The notes under the pieces are model-generated. The model was not told the DNA's origin. It worked only from the letters and a program-made list of their open reading frames with translations, and made no database searches. Positions 41,753 through 51,655 of a DNA stretch of 64,000 nucleotides are shown here, piece by piece. This DNA comes from an uncultured delta proteobacterium (GTDB lineage: Bacteria > Myxococcota_A > Polyangia > Polyangiales > Polyangiaceae): contig CAVQUB010000009.1 of NCBI GenBank assembly GCA_963716725.1, forward strand, positions 256,001-320,000, read 5' to 3'. The first letter of the stretch is position 1. Every line of letters starts with the position of its first letter. The position numbers were made by a program, and so were the translations under genes.

Positions 41753-44170
41753 TCAGGGCCAGAGCGCGTCCCTCACCAAATCGTCGCGGTAGAGCAGGTC
41801 CTCGCAGAGCTCGAAGGGGGCAACTCGATCGCCGACCCGACAGTACGCGCGATCGGCGAGATCCGACTCGCCGCCGAAGCGCTCGATGACCCCGCCGGGA
41901 CCGCTCGCGACGACGGCGCCAGGCATCGCGCCGAAGCGGAGATTGACGCGCTCTATGAGATCCGCGCCCGCGATCAGGACACGCCCCTCGTGTTCGACCA
42001 CCACGACCTTGCCGCTCGGAGCGAGCTCGGCGCGGGACGCCTCCCACGGGGCGGTGACCTCCCCCGCCCTCGAGAGCAACGCGAACTCGCGGTACGAGCA
42101 ACGGATCAGTACGCTGGACCCGTCTGCCGAGACGCTGATCGGTCCGTCCTTGCAGCGGCCGGTCAGCAAGCGCTTCGGCTCGCCGCTCGGCAGGCTCCAT
42201 CGCTCGACGCCGCGAGCAGCCGTGCTGACGATCAAGGCCTTTCCGTCGCCAGAGAGCCCCACCGCGCGCAAATCCTTGGCCGCACCCAGCGCTGCCGCGC
42301 TTCGCTTCTCGAAATCGTAGCGCGTGAGCTGATCTCCCGCCGTGAACACCGCCTGGTCGCCGACGACCGCCAGCGCGCGCCGGCCGCGGTCCCGCCCCGT
42401 CGTGAACTCCGTGGTCCAGGCCCTCGCGCCAATCCGGGTGGAGAAGAACTTGAGTTCGAAGGGCCCGCCGGCGCCGCGCAGCACCTCCGGCGAGGCAAAG
42501 GCGAGCTGGTCGACCCACTCCGGAGCGTCTGCCAGCTCGAGTGGCGCTCCGCTCCGCATCTCCCAGGCGCGAACACCGCGGCCACCGAAGCTCCCGGCGA
42601 GGCGTTGGCCCAGTCGCGAGAACGCCAGCGTGGCCTTGTACCCCGGCACCGAGAAGCTGCGGGCGCGCTCGGTCTGAGCGCCTTCGACGAAGAGGTCGAT
42701 GCGCGAGTCGGAGCCAGTGCCGAGCTCGCGGGCCATGGCGAGATGCCCGTCGGTGACGGCTAGATCTTCCAGGCGGGCCTCCACCCGCCGGGCTGCGACG
42801 CGCAGCTTCCCGCTCGCTGCCTCGACGATGCTGAGCCCCCCGCCGCGGTCGCTGACCGCGATCACCTCGCCGTCCGCCGAGAGCACGGCGCTGCCTCGCG
42901 GCAAGCTCTTGGCGGCCAGGGCACGTCCGCTCGCGCTGTCGAGCTCCATCAGGGCGTCGCCCCAGGTGCCGCCGGTGACGCGGATCCGGCCACCATCCCC
43001 CGAGAACCCCAGGACCGGAGCTGACCACGGCCGGTCGAGGGCCGCGGTGGCGATCGGGGCGCCGGTCGTGACATTCCAAATCTCGAGGGCCATGCGCGAA
43101 TGAATGGAGGCGAGGCGATCACCCGAGGGGGAAAACACGAGAGAGTCCGCTGTCTCGAGCGCGCCCTTCTTGCCCAGTCCACGAACCTTCGTGAGCTTCT
43201 TCGCGTCGAGCAGCTCGAGGCCGCCGGAGCGGGTCGAGCAGGCGACGAAGCTGCCACTCTGCGAGGCAGCGAGCGCCGACACCTCCCGTCCGTCTTTGAT
43301 CACGTACTCGGCGAGCGAGTCGCCGGAGCGCAGATCGAAGCGCCGCACCACGGCATCGAAGCCGGCCCTCGATCCGGTGATGATGCTCTCACCGTCCGCT
43401 GAGAAGGCGAAGCTGCGGATCTCTTGGTCTGCCCACTCGAGCTTGCGTCCGAGGAGGCCGGTGCCCACATCGTAGACGAACAGCTCGCCCTGTCGGGCAA
43501 TCGCCACGCGGTCCCCCCGGGGCGAGAAGCGCGCGCCACCAGAATCGCCGCGGGGCAGCTCACCCTCCAGCCGAAGAAACTGCCGCGGCGCCAGGGTGCG
43601 AGCGTCCATCAGAAGGAGCTCGCCCGCAGCTTGTCCGAGCAACATCGCACCGTCATGGGAGAGCGCGATCGCCTGCAGCTCCGCGACGCCGTTCCAAACC
43701 GTCAGCAGCGTGCCCCTCTTCGAATGTTGTCGCGCGGCGAGCGAAGCGAGACGGCGGGCGCGGGGCGTGTCGCCCGCAGCTCGTGCCTTCTCCGAAGCCG
43801 CCCAGAGCTCGTCGGGAGTGGTGCCCGCACCCTTAGCAGCGACCTCACTCGCCTCTCGATTGCGCACCTCGAGCGCGCGGGTTTGCTCAGCCACGGCGGG
43901 ACACAGCGCGCGTGCTCGCTCGATCAAGTGCGCGGAGCGCTCCCCAAATCCGTCAGTCCCGAGCTGGGTCGCACGAGCCAGCTTGCGTTCGGCGCGCTGA
44001 CAGGCTGTCGGCAGCGGGGTCTCGCTCGGCGCCGTCGCTTCGGTCGCCGAGGCCTTCGCAGGCTGGGACGGCGGCTGAGCCGCTGTCAGCGCCTGCGGAG
44101 CCTGCGGTCCCTGCGGTCCAGACGCACAGCCGAGGGCCGCCACCGCGACCAGAATGAGGCGTCTCGCCAT
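41753..44170 (-). CDS. WD40-repeat lipoprotein
   Basis: Lipobox ALGC; repeated FSPxG / FSADG / WNV blades. Confidence 0.8.
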   Translation of the reverse strand: MARRLILVAVAALGCASGPQGPQAPQALTAAQPPSQPAKASATEATAPSETPLPTACQRAERKLARATQLGTDGFGERSAHLIERARALCPAVAEQTRALEVRNREASEVAAKGAGTTPDELWAASEKARAAGDTPRARRLASLAARQHSKRGTLLTVWNGVAELQAIALSHDGAMLLGQAAGELLLMDARTLAPRQFLRLEGELPRGDSGGARFSPRGDRVAIARQGELFVYDVGTGLLGRKLEWADQEIRSFAFSADGESIITGSRAGFDAVVRRFDLRSGDSLAEYVIKDGREVSALAASQSGSFVACSTRSGGLELLDAKKLTKVRGLGKKGALETADSLVFSPSGDRLASIHSRMALEIWNVTTGAPIATAALDRPWSAPVLGFSGDGGRIRVTGGTWGDALMELDSASGRALAAKSLPRGSAVLSADGEVIAVSDRGGGLSIVEAASGKLRVAARRVEARLEDLAVTDGHLAMARELGTGSDSRIDLFVEGAQTERARSFSVPGYKATLAFSRLGQRLAGSFGGRGVRAWEMRSGAPLELADAPEWVDQLAFASPEVLRGAGGPFELKFFSTRIGARAWTTEFTTGRDRGRRALAVVGDQAVFTAGDQLTRYDFEKRSAAALGAAKDLRAVGLSGDGKALIVSTAARGVERWSLPSGEPKRLLTGRCKDGPISVSADGSSVLIRCSYREFALLSRAGEVTAPWEASRAELAPSGKVVVVEHEGRVLIAGADLIERVNLRFGAMPGAVVASGPGGVIERFGGESDLADRAYCRVGDRVAPFELCEDLLYRDDLVRDALWP

Positions 44171-44271
44171 CGAACGCAGTCTATACGTCCGACGAGCTCG
44201 GGTCTTCCCGCATCGCTGCTCCGCGCATGCGTTCCCTGCATCGTTCGCGCCCTTGGTTGATCAGGTCGCCG

Positions 44272-44898
44272 TCACCAGTCGCCGCAGTCCAGGCACGCCC
44301 GGGGTTGCGCGGCGTTGGCGCGGGTCTGAGCCGCACGGAAGCGATCCCCAAAGTCGCTGACGGAGCCCATGCGTTCGAGCAACTGGGCCACGTAGCCGTT
44401 CAGCCTGGCCTCGAAGAATGCCTGCTGCTCCTTCACGACGGCTGCGTAGGCCTTGCCGTGTTCGGACGAGCCCGGGCACAGCGGTTCCAGCGCACCAACC
44501 AGGTGCAGCGCGGTGGCGTGCGTGCTGGCCAGCCGCTCCACCGCCGCGTCCGATTGGCACTCGTCCGCCGTGCAGGTGAGCATGCTCCTGGCGACGCCCG
44601 CGACTTCGGGCTGCGCGCGCGCCACCTGCTGCTTCAGGTGCGCGTACATGCGACGGGCATCCTCGGACGCACCTGCGGGGATCACGATGGCCGGCGGCGC
44701 GTCGGACTCGAGCTTGGTCTCGCGCTCCGGCGCGGTGCCGCTCGCGGCGGGCGCCGCCGTGGTGACGGGAAGGATCTCCGGTGCGCTCGAGGGCTCCTGC
44801 GGCGTGGCTTTGGCGCCGCCACACGCGGTCGCCGCGAGGGCCGCGCCCATGAAGAGCGCGCGGCGTCTGAGGAGGATGCGTCGGTCTTCGTCGTTCAT
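44272..44898 (-). CDS. Hypothetical Tat-type lipoprotein with C-terminal CLDC
   Basis: LRRRALF followed by ATAC; ends QPRACLDCGDW. Confidence 0.7.
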   Translation of the reverse strand: MNDEDRRILLRRRALFMGAALAATACGGAKATPQEPSSAPEILPVTTAAPAASGTAPERETKLESDAPPAIVIPAGASEDARRMYAHLKQQVARAQPEVAGVARSMLTCTADECQSDAAVERLASTHATALHLVGALEPLCPGSSEHGKAYAAVVKEQQAFFEARLNGYVAQLLERMGSVSDFGDRFRAAQTRANAAQPRACLDCGDW

Positions 44899-44984
44899 GG
44901 TGTTGGGGCGCTCGCAGCGTGCGGCGCGTGAGATTAGCCCAGCCAGGGTTGGGTTCCAAAGTCGGCTGTGCGACCCTCGAGACC

Positions 44985-45965
44985 ATGCGGAGCATTTGGC
45001 TGGTCTCGTCGTTGCTGCTCCTCGGCTTCGCCGGCTGCTCGGACGGAGACAGCGGAGGCTCGAGCAAGTCAGACGCAGCCTCGTCCGGCGGAGGCTCGAG
45101 CGGTGGAGGCGGCACTGGTAGCACTGGTGGCACCGATGCCGACGCGAGCAGCGGGGGGACGAGCGGCGCTGCGGGGAGCGGGACCGGCGGCAGCGGCGCG
45201 GGCGGCAGCGGCGCGGGCGGCACCGGCGGCGGGACTCAGAGCGCAGGCTGCGGCAAGACGGGCGCGTTCGTCGGCGTCAACGACGCCGCCACCATCACCG
45301 TGTCCGGCGCAACGCGCAGCTACGTCATCAGCGTGCCGGCCGACTACGCGTCGAGCAAGAGCTGGCCGGTGATCTTCGGATTTCACGGGCTCAACACCGA
45401 TGGCAAGAGCGCGCGCGGCTATCTCAAGCTCGAGCCGGGCGGAGCGAAGGACGCGATCTTCATTTATCCGACGGCGACCAACAAGGCGAGCGGCTGGAAG
45501 ATGAAAGAGGGAGAGGGCGACGTCGAGTTCTTCGATGCGCTCGTCGCTAGCGTGAGCGCGAGCCACTGCGTCGACCCCACGCGCGTCTACGCCACGGGCT
45601 TCTCGCACGGCGCCATGTTCACCAACAATTTGACCTGTTGGCGCGCGTCGAAGCTCCGGGCCGTCGCTCCGACCGGCGGCTCCGGGCCCTGGTATGGCGC
45701 GAGCTGCACCGCGAGCCTGCCCGCGATGATCATTCACGGCAGCAAAGATCCGACGGTCGCTCCCGCCGACGGCGCCAAGACCCGAGACTACTGGCTGAAA
45801 CAAAACGGGTGCGCCGCCGCCAGCACGCCCTACGCGCCCGAGCCCGCGTGCGTGACCTACAGCGGCTGCAAGCGACCGGTGGTCTGGTGTTCCTTCGACG
45901 GCGGTCACACCGTGCCCGCCTTCGCGGGGACCGCGGTGAAGGCCTTTCTGCTCGCGGCGCCGTGA
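44985..45965 (+). CDS. Alpha/beta hydrolase lipoprotein (PHB depolymerase / feruloyl esterase-like)
   Basis: FHG, GFSHG, HGSKD, GGH; Gly linker after FAGC. Confidence 0.85.
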   Translation: MRSIWLVSSLLLLGFAGCSDGDSGGSSKSDAASSGGGSSGGGGTGSTGGTDADASSGGTSGAAGSGTGGSGAGGSGAGGTGGGTQSAGCGKTGAFVGVNDAATITVSGATRSYVISVPADYASSKSWPVIFGFHGLNTDGKSARGYLKLEPGGAKDAIFIYPTATNKASGWKMKEGEGDVEFFDALVASVSASHCVDPTRVYATGFSHGAMFTNNLTCWRASKLRAVAPTGGSGPWYGASCTASLPAMIIHGSKDPTVAPADGAKTRDYWLKQNGCAAASTPYAPEPACVTYSGCKRPVVWCSFDGGHTVPAFAGTAVKAFLLAAP

Positions 45966-46025
45966 GGTCTGCGCCGAATCTGCGAGCCCGTTGACGCTGC
46001 GGAGCTTGGCTGAGAGCCTGCCGCC

Positions 46026-46363
46026 ATGTTTCGGATTTATGGCTGCTTGCTGCTCGGCTTGCTCACCGCCTGCGGCAGCACGGACGAAGCGCGCTGCTCG
46101 CCGCCGCGGAGCAGACGGCAATGGAGACGGGGGTGCCCGCTCCGAGCGGGCCCGTGAGCTACGGCCTCGGGCTGCAGATGCTCGACGCGAGCATCACTGG
46201 GGGCGCCGGCAAGGCCTACGGGCACGGCGGGTCCATCAACGGCTACCACACCCAGGCGTTTCACTTTCGAGAGACGCAGACCACCATCGTCAGCATCGTG
46301 AACCAAGACGGCAGCGAGCCCAACGATGTGACCGCGGCTGCGTTGACGGCGTTGTTTCCCTGA
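46026..46363 (+). pseudogene. Serine hydrolase (beta-lactamase/PBP family) lipoprotein remnant with large internal deletion
   Basis: MFRIYGCLLLGLLTACGSTDE joined out of frame at ~46090 to ALLAAAEQTAM..YGLG..GHGGSINGY. Confidence 0.7.
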
Positions 46364-46408
46364 GCGCGTCCCGACGCGAGCGCCACCTCGCCCCGGATTG
46401 CAGGCGCC

Positions 46409-46546
46409 TTGACCCGGCGCGAGCACTTGGGTCTGAAGGCCGCCGAGTGGTGCCGCGAGAACGGCATCACGGGCGACGACACCCAGCAGAACGTGAACTG
46501 GTGCCGGGAGTTCGAGTGGCCCGAGATCCCGTTCCAAACACCGTGA
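46409..46546 (+). pseudogene. Orphan C-terminal gene fragment
   Basis: LTRREHLGLKAAEWCRENGITGDDTQQNVNWCREFEWPEIPFQTP* with GC3-rich codons and no convincing start. Confidence 0.4.
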
Positions 46547-46585
46547 GCCGCCGGCGGTGAGGCCAGACGCTTGGGCCGCCGGACG

Positions 46586-47842
46586 CTATCGCTCCGGGTC
46601 GATCACCGCGCTCGAGCGTTGGACCTCGGACCGCGAGATGCCCAGCGTGGCTGCGAGGGACGACCAGCCCCTGAGCGCAGCGCGCACCTCAGCTTCGATG
46701 GCGGAGGCCTGCTGCTGCGTCAGCCGGTAGAACTCCCGGCTCGCACGCAGAGCAGCGACCGACGGGATCGAAGTCGATGCGTCGAGGGCGAGCGCGTGTT
46801 CGTCCTTGTGAAAATTCGGGTTCACGTCGAACGCAGGTGCGAGGCGCCAACCCTTGGCGCCTCGGAGAAAACCGTGGTTGCGCAGGTGATCGTCGCGATT
46901 GCCGATCAGCACGTTGAACACCCCTCGACGATACAGTTCGGCGAGATCCAGCTGGATCGTGTCCGGATCGCCGTGGTCCTGGATCGCGAGCGCGACGTCC
47001 AAGTAGCTCGCCGGGGCGCCGTCATCCTTCATCGTCAGCGTCATGGCCGAGACGTAGAGCCGGCGCCGTTTGCCCTCGCGGTCGAAGCGGCGCACGGCAA
47101 AGGTCCGATGCCCCGGGCCCAGCTGGAGACACTGCGCCGCCGGCACTCGCACCTTCGCCCGCTCCGCAAGCTGGTGTGCCAGATACTCCCAAGCGCCCAC
47201 GTCGTGGCGGTCTTGCGCCGCCGGGAACTTGGCGATCCACAGCCCGCCATCCGATCCGCTGAACGTCGCCTTTGGTCGGGCGCCGCCCAAGCTTGAACCA
47301 GGGGCCAGGAGCTGTCGAAGCCACGTCTCGTATTCCGTACGATCTTCGCAGCCCGGGCTGTCCAGCGCGAGAGCTGCCGCTTCGAGCTCACGCAAGCGCG
47401 CAAGGGGTGGCACTTCGAGGCCGTGGTCTCCAAGGTAGCGCCCACCGTCGTCGAGCTCCCGCAGGCGAAGCGCGCCGATTCGCGACACGTCGGACACGCC
47501 GAGGAGGAAATCCCACTCGCCAAGCTGGCGCGGCTTGCGCCCGTCGCGGGCAGCATCCAGTCCTTCGCGACGCTCCATCAGCACGCGTCCCCAGCGGTCC
47601 GGCGCCGTGTCCCGAAAGATCCCGAACAGACCTCGCGGCTTTGCGGGGAACATCTCCCCGGGAAAGAGCGGCAGCTCCGGGTCGAGAGAAAAGGCTTGGC
47701 GAAGCTGCGACAGCCACGCCTCGGAGTAGACGAACCGACACACCGTCGCACTTCCGCCGCGCTGGCGCGACAGCGCGCCGACGTCCATCGACGACGCGAA
47801 CATCGCGTCATCGAGCTCGACGCTGACTTCTTCGGGCATCAT
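46586..47842 (-). CDS. hipA: HipA family kinase toxin
   Basis: GSSLGGARPK, IAKFP, RRFDR, GNRDDHLRNHGFL, LAPAFD; ATGA overlap with antitoxin. Confidence 0.93.
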   Translation of the reverse strand: MMPEEVSVELDDAMFASSMDVGALSRQRGGSATVCRFVYSEAWLSQLRQAFSLDPELPLFPGEMFPAKPRGLFGIFRDTAPDRWGRVLMERREGLDAARDGRKPRQLGEWDFLLGVSDVSRIGALRLRELDDGGRYLGDHGLEVPPLARLRELEAAALALDSPGCEDRTEYETWLRQLLAPGSSLGGARPKATFSGSDGGLWIAKFPAAQDRHDVGAWEYLAHQLAERAKVRVPAAQCLQLGPGHRTFAVRRFDREGKRRRLYVSAMTLTMKDDGAPASYLDVALAIQDHGDPDTIQLDLAELYRRGVFNVLIGNRDDHLRNHGFLRGAKGWRLAPAFDVNPNFHKDEHALALDASTSIPSVAALRASREFYRLTQQQASAIEAEVRAALRGWSSLAATLGISRSEVQRSSAVIDPER

Positions 47843-48159
47843 CGTTCGGTCGATCCTCGACCGCGGGGAGCACCCTTTTGGTGGATGTCTTGCAGCTGAC
47901 GTCCGAGCGCGTCGTCCGCCGCCAACTCGTCGATGTCCGCGCCAAGACCGAGAACCTGGAGCACACGGAGGAACGCGGCGATGCTGACCGCGGCGTCCCC
48001 TCTCTCCAGCTTGCGGAGCGTGGGCACCGAGACGCCTGCGCGCATCGCCACGGTGCTCTGCGTCATCCGGCGCCGCTTGCGAGCCGCCGCGAGACGCTCC
48101 CCCAACGCAGCGACTTGTCGCGCCGCCGCGGGGAACGCCGGAGGGCTTCGCTTCACCAT
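47839..48159 (-). CDS. hipB: HipB-like XRE HTH antitoxin
   Basis: LGERLAAARKRRRMTQ..RAGVSVPTLRKLERGD; coupled upstream of hipA. Confidence 0.85.
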   Translation of the reverse strand: MVKRSPPAFPAAARQVAALGERLAAARKRRRMTQSTVAMRAGVSVPTLRKLERGDAAVSIAAFLRVLQVLGLGADIDELAADDALGRQLQDIHQKGAPRGRGSTER

Positions 48160-48208
48160 GCAACATAAGCTATCGCTTAGCGACCCTGATGCAACTTTAA
48201 TGTTGCAT
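48158..48208 (-). promoter_or_regulatory. hipBA promoter/operator
   Basis: Palindrome ATGCAAC-N6-GTTGCAT (48189-48208) plus half-site at 48158; minus-strand TTGCAT-N16-TAGCTT. Confidence 0.7.
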
Positions 48209-48293
48209 TTGCCGGTCGTCGAAGCAACGGCGTCGCACGCCGCGGCACGCCGCAGCAGGCCGTCCACGACGGCGCGCGGCGCGAAGCGCCGGC

Positions 48294-49481
48294 CTAGGGG
48301 CAGGTGACGAACGTGGTTTCGTACTGAGCGAACAGCGCGCCGGTATCATTGCGAAGCTCGACCCGATACGGGACATCGAGCTGGGGCTGCCAACCGTCCG
48401 GCGAGAACGAGCTGAAGTCCGTGTAGAAGTGCCCCTGCTTCATGGGGTTCTCCTTGCCCGTGCTGACCACGAACACGCGTGCGGCCAGCTTGGGCGTGCT
48501 GGCCTTGCCCTTCTGGACAAACCACACGGTGGGCACAGCGCTCTTCACGTTCAGGCCCGGTCCGGGGTGGGCGACAAAGGCCGGATCGCTGCTCAGCGCC
48601 GTGTACGCCCCGCCGTAGTGCATGTCTGAGCTCGAGCCGCTGGCGCCGAACCAAACGCCGGCACGACCGACGGAGAGCACATTGCGGCGGTGGACCAGGT
48701 TCTGATCATTCTCGAGCGCGTAGCCGTTCACCTGTCCGACCAGGCCATACCCGCCGGCGATCAGCGACGAGCCACAGGCCGTTGCGCCAAGCTTCGTATA
48801 ACACTGCACTGTCGGCGCTGGAGAGTGGCCGAAAGAGTAGTTGAGGATCTTTGCGCACTCTTGCTGGCCTTGAGCCGTCGCGGGATCGACCTGCACCGGC
48901 CCAACGCCGAGCATCCAACGATAGAAGTTCAGCCAGCGCAGCGCCGCGGCTTGACCGCTGTAGGGGACAGTACCGGGATCGCAATTGCCGCCCGTGCCCG
49001 CGATCCATTCCTTGTATCCGCTGACCTTGGCAGCGGCGTACTGCGAGCAAACCTCGGCCTTCTTGCGCTTGGTTGGATCGGAGATCGCCGAAGCAACGCA
49101 GGTGGCGCCCGAGGGCTCCCACCCTGGCGCGCAGACGCACTTGTTGCTGTCGTCGCAGAGCTTGGTGCCGGTACACGACGCGCTGCACGCGACGGGCGCG
49201 CCGCCGCTGCCACCGGTCGACGACGTGCCACCGGTCGACGACGTGCCGCCGGTCGACGACGTGCCACCGGTCGACGACGTGCCACCGGTCGACGACGTGC
49301 CGCCGGTCGACGACGTGCCGCCGGTCGACGACGTGCCTCCAGCGCCGGCGACGGAGCCGCCGCTGCCCGAGCTGCCACCCGACGCGCCTCCGGTACCACC
49401 GGATCCCGCATCGTCGTCGCCGCCCCCGCAAGCGACCGCACCCACCGCGCCAAACACCAACAACGAAAGGCCGATCCGCAT
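48294..49481 (-). CDS. CAP/SCP-domain lipoprotein with GGTSST linker
   Basis: Lipobox AVAC; LNFYRWMLG..GHSP..HRRNVL. Confidence 0.75.
   Translation of the reverse strand: MRIGLSLLVFGAVGAVACGGGDDDAGSGGTGGASGGSSGSGGSVAGAGGTSSTGGTSSTGGTSSTGGTSSTGGTSSTGGTSSTGGTSSTGGSGGAPVACSASCTGTKLCDDSNKCVCAPGWEPSGATCVASAISDPTKRKKAEVCSQYAAAKVSGYKEWIAGTGGNCDPGTVPYSGQAAALRWLNFYRWMLGVGPVQVDPATAQGQQECAKILNYSFGHSPAPTVQCYTKLGATACGSSLIAGGYGLVGQVNGYALENDQNLVHRRNVLSVGRAGVWFGASGSSSDMHYGGAYTALSSDPAFVAHPGPGLNVKSAVPTVWFVQKGKASTPKLAARVFVVSTGKENPMKQGHFYTDFSSFSPDGWQPQLDVPYRVELRNDTGALFAQYETTFVTCP
49209..49334. repeat. Seven tandem 18-bp coding repeats (GGTSST)
   Basis: gccRccggtcgacgacgt x7. Confidence 0.95.
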
Positions 49482-49518
49482 GCGCTCAGTCTGAGCGCAG
49501 CTGCGCGCAGCTTCAAGG

Positions 49519-49950
49519 GGGACCAAGACCTCTCAGCTGCGAATCCGTGTTTCCTCGCGGCAGAAGGCCGGTCTGAAGCAACGGGCGAGTGCGGCCGGAA
49601 TGAGCGTGTCCGAATGGGTGCTCGCCCTGGCGTTTCCACCCAAGCGAGAGCTGTTTGTACAACTGGCGCGTGAGCTCGGGGCGGGAGAGCGCCGCTCGAC
49701 CAGCCTCGCAGCGCTGCACGACTTCCTCGATAGGCTCGACGCGGACGAGTTCTTCCACGTGCTCGAGGACGCGCCACCAGCACGGCTGCGGAGCCCGGAC
49801 GACGCGATCGTCGCGGCGATGGTCGAGCACGCGGCGTCGCTGAAGCGCGCGCAACGTGTCCGCCTGCGCATGACACCGCAGGCGTCGCGGCTGATCGGGC
49901 GTGCGCCAATCTCCGACGCCCGACGACGCCCGCGCCCGCTCCCCGCCTAG
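49519..49950 (+). pseudogene. Decayed ribbon-helix-helix (DUF1778-like) antitoxin-type gene
   Basis: TKTSQLRIRVSSRQKAGLKQRASAAGMSVSEWVL..VAAMVEHAA; no ATG/GTG/TTG before the RHH; C-terminus appears to drift. Confidence 0.55.
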
Positions 49951-51525
49951 CTACCCGCGCCGCCGTCTCAGCGCGAGCGCCGCGATCCCCAGCGCGATCC
50001 ACCACGCCGCTGATCCGGGATTCCGCGATCTGCGCAGGCTGCAACCGCCGCTCTCCGCCTCGACGGTGCCTCCGGCTTCGTGCTCCGGCGGCGCCTCGGT
50101 TTCACCGGGGCTCTGGCAGGCGTCGAGATCCGTGTCGGGCTTGCCGGGACACTGATCGTTCGCGTCGATCACGCCGTCCCCGTCGTCATCGTCGTCGCAA
50201 GCGTCGCCAGCGCCGTCGTGGTCCGTATCGGCCTGGTCGGGGTCGGCGATCTCGGGACACAGGTCGTCCGCGTCGTCGACGCCGTCGCCGTCGGTGTCCG
50301 TCTCGCAGGCGTCGCCGATGCCGTCCTGATCCTGGTCCGACTGATCCGCGTCGGCGACCGTCGGACACACGTCGCTCTCGTCGAGCACGCCGTCGCCATC
50401 GTCGTCGTCGTCACAGGCGTCGCCCTTGCCGTCGGCGTCGGTGTCCGTCTGTTCCGGATCCGGCACCTGTGGGCACACGTCCTTCGTGTCGTCGAAGCCG
50501 TCGCCGTCGTCGTCCGCTTCGCAGGCGTCGCCCTTGCCGTCTTGGTCGGTGTCCGTCTGGGTCGCGTTCTTCGTGGTCGGACAGTTGTCCTTGGCGTCCA
50601 GCACGCCGTCGCCGTCATCGTCGTCGTCGCAGGCGTCGCCCTTCTTGTCCTTGTCCGTGTCCGTCTGGGTCGCGTTCTTCGTGGTCGGACAGTTGTCCTT
50701 GGTGTCGAGGACCTTGTCGCCGTCATCGTCAGTGTCGCAGGCGTCGCCCTTCTTGTCCTTGTCCGTGTCTGTCTGGGTCGCGTTCTTCGTGGTCGGACAG
50801 TTGTCCTTGGTGTCGAGGACCCCGTCACCGTCGTCGTCGGTGTCGCAGGCGTCGCCCTTCTTGTCCTTGTCCGTGTCCGTCTGGCTCGCGTTCTTCGTGG
50901 TCGGACAGTTGTCCTTCGCGTCGACCACGCCGTCGTCGTCTTTGTCCTGGTCGTTACAGGGGCCGGTGCCCGGATCGGTGCCCCACCACTCCCAGTGCCA
51001 GTTCTCGCTGGGCACGGTGCGCTTGAAGCCATACGAGCCCGCGTGCTTCGAGAGCCACGAATAGACTCCGGCAGATGAGGCATTGAGATCGAGCGCGTGG
51101 CCGCTCTGGTGGTTGCTGTAGCCCGGCTTCGCCGCCAGGTTGCAGCTGTTGCAACTGCAGCTCGTGTAGCAGCCGTAGAGATACTGCTGCTGAGCCATGG
51201 TGCGGAAGCCGCTGACCACTCGGATCTGCACGCCCGCCGCCGCAGCGGCCTTGGCCATCTTCATGTAGGCGTTGGCGGTCTTCCACTCGACGTGTTTGCC
51301 GTCGACGGTGACGACCTGAATGCTGAACGCCTTCCCACTCGAGTAGCCGGTCGCCGACGACATGCCACACGAGAGCGTCGACAGCTCTTCACTGACCACG
51401 TCGATGTCTTCGTAGAGCTCGCTCTCGTCGTGGTCGTAGTGGTCGCCGGTCTCTGCGAGACAGCCGCCGAGGACCAACAGGCCGAGGCAGAGCACGAGGC
51501 GGAGCAGACCGAAGACGCGGATCAT
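49951..51525 (-). CDS. M15 (VanY-like) D,D-peptidase with thrombospondin type-3 repeats and MYXO-CTERM
   Basis: [31 protein letters not shown]...D.D.D..GDACD repeats; [20 protein letters not shown]. Confidence 0.9.
   Translation of the reverse strand: MIRVFGLLRLVLCLGLLVLGGCLAETGDHYDHDESELYEDIDVVSEELSTLSCGMSSATGYSSGKAFSIQVVTVDGKHVEWKTANAYMKMAKAAAAAGVQIRVVSGFRTMAQQQYLYGCYTSCSCNSCNLAAKPGYSNHQSGHALDLNASSAGVYSWLSKHAGSYGFKRTVPSENWHWEWWGTDPGTGPCNDQDKDDDGVVDAKDNCPTTKNASQTDTDKDKKGDACDTDDDGDGVLDTKDNCPTTKNATQTDTDKDKKGDACDTDDDGDKVLDTKDNCPTTKNATQTDTDKDKKGDACDDDDDGDGVLDAKDNCPTTKNATQTDTDQDGKGDACEADDDGDGFDDTKDVCPQVPDPEQTDTDADGKGDACDDDDDGDGVLDESDVCPTVADADQSDQDQDGIGDACETDTDGDGVDDADDLCPEIADPDQADTDHDGAGDACDDDDDGDGVIDANDQCPGKPDTDLDACQSPGETEAPPEHEAGGTVEAESGGCSLRRSRNPGSAAWWIALGIAALALRRRRG
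50150..50945 (-). repeat. About 8 TSP3 coding repeats (~108-bp unit)
   Basis: Near-identical [23 protein letters not shown] units grading into diverged copies. Confidence 0.85.
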
Positions 51526-51536
51526 GGCCGGGAGAG

Positions 51537-51553
51537 AGCACGAGGCGGGCCAA
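51537..51553 (-). promoter_or_regulatory. Putative sigma54 promoter for the M15 peptidase
   Basis: TTGGCCCG-CCTC-GTGCT, GG-N10-GC; ATG follows 12 nt after the GC. Confidence 0.55.
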
Positions 51554-51655
51554 GCTCGCTTCTGGGCTGATCTGGCCGCGAAAGCCTGGGTGGGACCCTG
51601 CTGCGCCAACCCGGGGTTGGCGGCGCCGGGGTGCGCTGCGGGCTCGCCGCCGCGT

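Noticed and set aside
41331..43079. 582-aa extended SugE ORF from the track
   Set aside because: Only the last 106 aa match SMR; the extension overlaps the WD40 gene in another frame
49209..49334. Possible CRISPR array
   Set aside because: Units are contiguous with no spacers, encode an in-frame GGTSST linker, and there are no cas genes
46586..49950. Mobile element or prophage around hipBA
   Set aside because: No integrase, transposase, terminal repeats or phage genes visible
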